From Comamonadaceae bacterium UBA2121 (GTDB lineage Bacteria; Pseudomonadota; Gammaproteobacteria; Burkholderiales; Burkholderiaceae_C), in contig DCYB01000008.1 of NCBI GenBank assembly GCA_002331385.1, positions 9,100 to 73,099 on the forward strand: a DNA stretch of 64,000 bases, read 5' to 3'. A program made the translations under genes and the position numbers. Shown here piece after piece: positions 60,126-64,000 of the stretch (position 1 is its first letter; each line of letters opens with the position of its first letter). The notes beneath the pieces were generated by a model, which worked only from the letters and a program-made list of their open reading frames with translations, ran no database searches and was not told the origin of the DNA.

Positions 60126-60879
60126 CGAGGCGCTCCCATTGAAAGCTGCGGCCACTCGCCGCGTCGCGATTCACAAGGCCGGACGGCGCAGGATGGAGCA
60201 GCAGGCGCAACACGCGCAGGCCGTGCGGCAATGCCTGGACCGCAGCGCCTTCCACCACTGCATCTGCGTTTTCGGTGCAACGCAGGGCAAAGCCCGGCGA
60301 GCCGGCCTCGCGACGGCCCAGCATCACCGCCCACGCGAAGTCTGCCGCAGGCGATTCGCCCAATGCCGCATAGGCGCCCGGCAGGGGTTCGTCGTAACAC
60401 ACCAGCAGCACGGCGTCCGCGCCATCGCCCAGCAAACCCATGGCCTCGATGACACCCGCTTCGGGCGCGGCCCCCGAAGACGCGACGCAAATGGCATTGG
60501 ATGTGATCCCACGCAAAATGGAATGCTGAGCCCCCAATCCGTTGTGTACGGACAGGCCAAACGCCGTCGGAGACAGCGGCTCATCGGCCGCCTGCGAAGC
60601 GAGCAAGGCCATCGATTTATCGGCGTCGCCATATCGGGAGGCCCACACCATGGGCACATCCGTCAACGCCTCCTGGCGCAGCACATCGTCGGCCACGACC
60701 ACCGCCATTTTCGCCAGCCGCCCCAATCTGCGGCGGGCCATGGCGGGAATGGAAGACACATCAAGCTGGAGTTCCCCTTCGGGCAAGGCAGGCACGGCCG
60801 ACCAGGCAAGCCACTGCGCAGGACTTGCCACACCCGGAGCAACGGCCGACCACGACCGCACGGAAAACTCCAATTTCAC
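60118..60879 (-). CDS. Beta-ketoacyl synthase chain-length factor (ApeC-like)
   Basis: IPAMARRRL, SRYGD, LSPTAFGLSVHN; no catalytic Cys; GTG start after GGAGGAG. Confidence 0.88.
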   Translation of the reverse strand: MKLEFSVRSWSAVAPGVASPAQWLAWSAVPALPEGELQLDVSSIPAMARRRLGRLAKMAVVVADDVLRQEALTDVPMVWASRYGDADKSMALLASQAADEPLSPTAFGLSVHNGLGAQHSILRGITSNAICVASSGAAPEAGVIEAMGLLGDGADAVLLVCYDEPLPGAYAALGESPAADFAWAVMLGRREAGSPGFALRCTENADAVVEGAAVQALPHGLRVLRLLLHPAPSGLVNRDAASGRSFQWERLDA

Positions 60880-60994
60880 ATCTCTCCTCCACCGTTTTCA
60901 TATCTCCGCGAAGGAGAAAACCACCCGACAAAGCTTGCGGATCTGACATGACTTTGTAACTTGTCGCGAGCCGGAATTTCCGCTCAGCGATTAT

Positions 60995-61022
60995 GCACGG
61001 GGATACACCGCACGGGGATACA
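60995..61022. promoter_or_regulatory. 13-bp direct repeat upstream of the APE operon
   Basis: GCACGGGGATACA at 60995-61007 and 61010-61022. Confidence 0.4.
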
Positions 61023-61166
61023 TCCTTCCATTCGAAACCGATTGCTTACGTACATTTCACATTGATCGTCACAAATCCAATCGACGCGGATCGGATGAAA
61101 TCAAATAACGGAAGGAGATTGGGAGGTGGTGATTGGGAGAATATGCACATCAAAGTGCTTGCACAC

Positions 61167-62288
61167 TCATTCTCGATGAGAAAGCGCCTGGATTTTCAGC
61201 GCAGCGCGCGTCCAGTCCAGCGCGGGCTTTTCCACCCAGAACCACGAGAATGCAGCCATGCCCACGGTCGCCACAAGCGACAGCGACAGACATGCCATCA
61301 AGGACCAGCCGTTGGCAAGCGACCATTGCGTCACCGCTTGCTGAATCGGAAAGGCGTAGATGTACACGCCATAGGACAGGTCCGCCTGAGGCCGCAACCA
61401 TGCCGACACGGACGAGCTCGCGCTGACGATGTGGCGACCAGCCCACGCCAGATAAAAAGTCAGGCTCGGAATACCTACCCACAGCGCCAGTTGAATCCAT
61501 TGCTGCTGAGTGCCCGAGCGCGCCCCTATCAGTGCCAGCACTCCCAGCCATCCCCACCCCCAATGATGGCGCACGCGCAGGCGCGCAAAAGCGCTTCCGA
61601 CGAAGAAATACACACCCAACATGGTGATCTGTGCTGGCGACCACGTCTCCAGCAACCACCCCGTCCATCCTGGTCGCGCCGCGGGCCAGCCTTGCGTGGA
61701 GCCCGCCCACCAGATCAGCGCCAAGGCACCCGCGCACACTGCATACGCCCAGCGATGACGTTGCGCGCGCACCCACGCCATCAGCCCTAGCAAGGCATAC
61801 ATCAACAGTTCATAACGGATGGTCCAGAGCGATCCGTTGACAGCGCGCGCAAACGGGTTGTGCTCAAAAACGCCCGGTAACACTTGCACCGTGGAAATGC
61901 CCGCCATATTGTTGGCCAGATTGAGCCAGGTGCCCCTGTCGCCCCAGTAGGCAGACAGCGGGACAGTCGTGACCAGCGCCCCGATGACCACGACCGAAAA
62001 CAGCGTGGAGACGATCAACCCCGGATAGATGCGCCCCACCCGTTTGGCCGCGAAATCGAAGGGACCACGACTGCGCTCCCAGCTCTGCGCCACCAGATAG
62101 CCGCTGATGAAGAAGAACACATACACCGCCACGGCGCCAAGGCTGTGGCCTGCAAAAGGAACCGGCAATTCAAGCCTATATAGAAACAGCCCGTGCGACG
62201 CCAACACCGCCAGTGCGGCGAGCAATCGCAGGATGTTGAACTGATTCGGATGCCGGGCGGCCGCCTCACCGGCCATCGTTGCACTCAT
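61167..62288 (-). CDS. Acyltransferase family 3 (OafA-like membrane O-acyltransferase)
   Basis: LRLLAALAVLASH, FFFISGYLV, NGSLWTIRYE, DLSYGVYIYAFPIQQ. Confidence 0.9.
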   Translation of the reverse strand: MSATMAGEAAARHPNQFNILRLLAALAVLASHGLFLYRLELPVPFAGHSLGAVAVYVFFFISGYLVAQSWERSRGPFDFAAKRVGRIYPGLIVSTLFSVVVIGALVTTVPLSAYWGDRGTWLNLANNMAGISTVQVLPGVFEHNPFARAVNGSLWTIRYELLMYALLGLMAWVRAQRHRWAYAVCAGALALIWWAGSTQGWPAARPGWTGWLLETWSPAQITMLGVYFFVGSAFARLRVRHHWGWGWLGVLALIGARSGTQQQWIQLALWVGIPSLTFYLAWAGRHIVSASSSVSAWLRPQADLSYGVYIYAFPIQQAVTQWSLANGWSLMACLSLSLVATVGMAAFSWFWVEKPALDWTRAALKIQALSHRE

Positions 62289-62701
62289 CAGTGCTCAAAC
62301 ACCTGTTCCCAGTTAGTGAAGCCTTTGACCTCGATGGGGTTGCCGCAGGGGTCGCGAAAGAACATCGTCCATTGCTCGCCAGGCTCGCCCTCGAAGCGCA
62401 CTTGCGGCGGCAGCACGAACTGCGTGCCAGCGGCTTTCAGGCGTTCGGCCAGCGCAAGCCAATCCGGCTTGAGCAGAACGAGTCCCAGATGCGGCATGGG
62501 CACCATGTGATCGCCAACGCGACCCGTGTTCGTCACCGGGAAAGGCTCCCCCAGATGCAGCGACAACTGGTGGCCGAAGAAGCTGAAATCCACCCATGTC
62601 TCCGTGCTGCGCCCTTCCACGCAACCGAGAACATCGCGATAGAAACGACGTGCCTGCTCCAGGTCCGTGACGTGATAGGCGAGATGAAAAACACTTTGCA
62701 T
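62288..62701 (-). CDS. VOC/glyoxalase-family protein
   Basis: FHLAYHV, FFGHQL, FFRDPCGNPIEVK; TGATG overlap with the acyltransferase. Confidence 0.87.
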   Translation of the reverse strand: MQSVFHLAYHVTDLEQARRFYRDVLGCVEGRSTETWVDFSFFGHQLSLHLGEPFPVTNTGRVGDHMVPMPHLGLVLLKPDWLALAERLKAAGTQFVLPPQVRFEGEPGEQWTMFFRDPCGNPIEVKGFTNWEQVFEH

Positions 62702-62991
62702 AGTGGCGCGAAAGATAGCACTGATTCGGGCGGATGCGGCTATCAGCGAGCGCGCAGCAGATATTTTTGCCTACACGCGACACTACAACCATGCCCGAAC
62801 ACTCCTACGCCAGCCTCCGCGACGCGACTACCCGGCACCTGTGCCCCGGCACCTAGGATGAACCCTGAAGCCCGTGAGCTTCGTCGTGCAGGTGAGCAGC
62901 AAGCGCACCTGCGAATTCTCACCGGCAAGGCCTGCGACGCAGCCAGCTCTTGGCTTGGTTGCGCGGCCTTTCCACTGGCAAGGAGCATTCC

Positions 62992-63348
62992 ATGAACACG
63001 CCCAACACCGTTTCCAGCGTTATCTCTTCGGACAAAGTCAACGGCACCAATGTCTACAATCCAGCAGGCGAAAAGCTCGGCTCGATTGATTCACTGATGA
63101 TCGACAAGCTTTCCGGCAAAGTGCGCTATGCCGTGATGGAATTTGGCGGTTTTCTCGGCATCGGCACCGATCGTTATCCTCTTCCGTGGGAAACCATGAA
63201 GTACGAACCCAATATGGGTGGTTATGTGGTTTCCCTGTCCAAGGAGCAATTGGACAACGCGCCTCGGTACGCCAACGACACAACACCGGAGTACACCGAC
63301 GAATATGGTCGTCGCGTATATGACTACTACGGCGTGCCGTACTTCTGA
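62992..63348 (+). CDS. PRC-barrel domain protein
   Basis: SSDKVNGTNVYN, SGKVRYAVMEFGGFLGIG, PLPW. Confidence 0.9.
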   Translation: MNTPNTVSSVISSDKVNGTNVYNPAGEKLGSIDSLMIDKLSGKVRYAVMEFGGFLGIGTDRYPLPWETMKYEPNMGGYVVSLSKEQLDNAPRYANDTTPEYTDEYGRRVYDYYGVPYF

Positions 63349-63372
63349 TCGCCGCGTGTAGCACCCATGTAA

Positions 63373-63414
63373 AAGCCTCCTGCACAGCCTCCTGTAGAGG
63401 CTTTGCGGAGGCTT
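63373..63414. terminator. Long hairpin after the PRC-barrel gene
   Basis: AAGCCTCC...AGCCTC-ctgta-GAGGCT...GGAGGCTT. Confidence 0.5.
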
Positions 63415-63440
63415 CATGACCTAAAGTTGACGCCGTTTCG

Positions 63441-63596
63441 TCAGTGCGGCTGCGTGTTGGGAAGTGGCTGTCCCTGCTGACGCTGGTTTGCCTTTGTCTG
63501 TTGCTGGGAGTAATTCCGGTCGCTGATGGGTTGACCCATCTGCAGCGGTACGTAAACCCGATACTGCGAGCCGGGTGGAATCCATAGTTGTTTCAT
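63441..63596 (-). CDS. Candidate 51-aa Gln-rich small protein (below the ORF-track cutoff)
   Basis: AGGAGG 5 nt before ATG; MKQLWIPPGSQYRVYVPLQMGQPISDRNYSQQQTKANQRQQGQPLPNTQPH. Confidence 0.45.
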   Translation of the reverse strand: MKQLWIPPGSQYRVYVPLQMGQPISDRNYSQQQTKANQRQQGQPLPNTQPH

Positions 63597-63721
63597 GACG
63601 ACCTCCTGAAGCGAGCGCATACTGCACTCGCCTCCACTATGGTCACCAGCAAAGATTTGGTCTGTAGGACTGGCCGCTGCTTACATTGTGAATTCTGGCG
63701 TGTCTCTCGCTATCGCCCGCA

Positions 63722-64000
63722 TCAGCCGAGCAATGCCTGCTCCAGCCGCGCAAATTTAGACTCTCCCACCGCCGCCTTGATCTTGGGCGCCAGCGCAAGT
63801 AGTTCCTTGTACCCACCCGCCGCCTCCACTGCCAGCGTCAATGGCAGACCACGCAATCCGAGAGTGGCGGTCAGCTCCGTCGCGATGCGATAGGCACTCT
63901 GGTAACGCTCGCTGGTGCTGCGCTGCGAAGCCTCCGATGGAATTGCGGCTTCCGCAGCGTCGGCATATGGCAGTTTGGAGATGGATTCAACGGCGTCGGG
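63722..64000 (-). CDS. C-terminal end of an unidentified protein (5' end outside window)
   Basis: 92 open codons from the window edge (PDAVESISKL...RLEQALLG) to a TGA at 63722-63724. Confidence 0.55.
   Translation of the reverse strand, partial: PDAVESISKLPYADAAEAAIPSEASQRSTSERYQSAYRIATELTATLGLRGLPLTLAVEAAGGYKELLALAPKIKAAVGESKFARLEQALLG

Larger units (their letters stand above)
42275..60879 (-). other. Aryl polyene (APE) biosynthetic gene cluster
   Basis: Co-directional, mostly overlapping genes in the known APE order: CLF, acyltransferase, 2 ACPs, membrane protein, ligase/dehydratase, GT, acyltransferase, ammonia-lyase, thioesterase, LolA-like, MMPL, FAD enzyme, DUF3261, KS, dehydratase, KR, KS. 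Confidence 0.9.

Noticed and set aside
63421..63627. 68-aa track ORF
   Set aside because: It has no clear RBS; the overlapping 51-aa frame has a consensus AGGAGG.

Overview
GC-rich betaproteobacterial chromosome segment, probably Comamonadaceae (inferred from gene order and protein sequences). (1) 1-~2989: right end of a Tn4371-family ICE (trbF-trbG-trbI-DUF2274, then a candidate T-rich att end). (2) ~3.1-33.6 kb: mostly housekeeping genes (SDR, a duplicated tRNA-Ala/Glu/Asp block, gltX, metZ, purF, cvpA, dedD, folC, argG, DASS and Bug transport proteins, murB, yajQ, plsY, ybaK, a two-component pair, prfB with its +1 frameshift, pepN, fbp). (3) 33645-41311: an apparently intact 7.6-kb phage-satellite-like island in tRNA-Thr(CGT), bounded by a 49-bp direct repeat. 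It carries an integrase, excisionase, primase-helicase, putative ori, VRR-NUC nuclease and TerS-like gene but no capsid genes. The gene coupled directly to its integrase has the R-S-ExE signature of an ADP-ribosyltransferase; this is the strongest candidate for an undescribed system here. (4) 41.3-42.3 kb: an orphan membrane protein and an origin-like repeat relic. (5) 42.3-60.9 kb: a complete aryl-polyene (APE) cluster with a flavin-dependent halogenase, an ammonia-lyase and its own PPTase, but no methyltransferase. (6) An acyltransferase, a VOC protein, a PRC-barrel protein and small ORFs at the right edge. All family calls come from motif recognition by eye; no database searches were run. 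Starts were adjusted from the ORF track where an RBS or gene overlap supported it.
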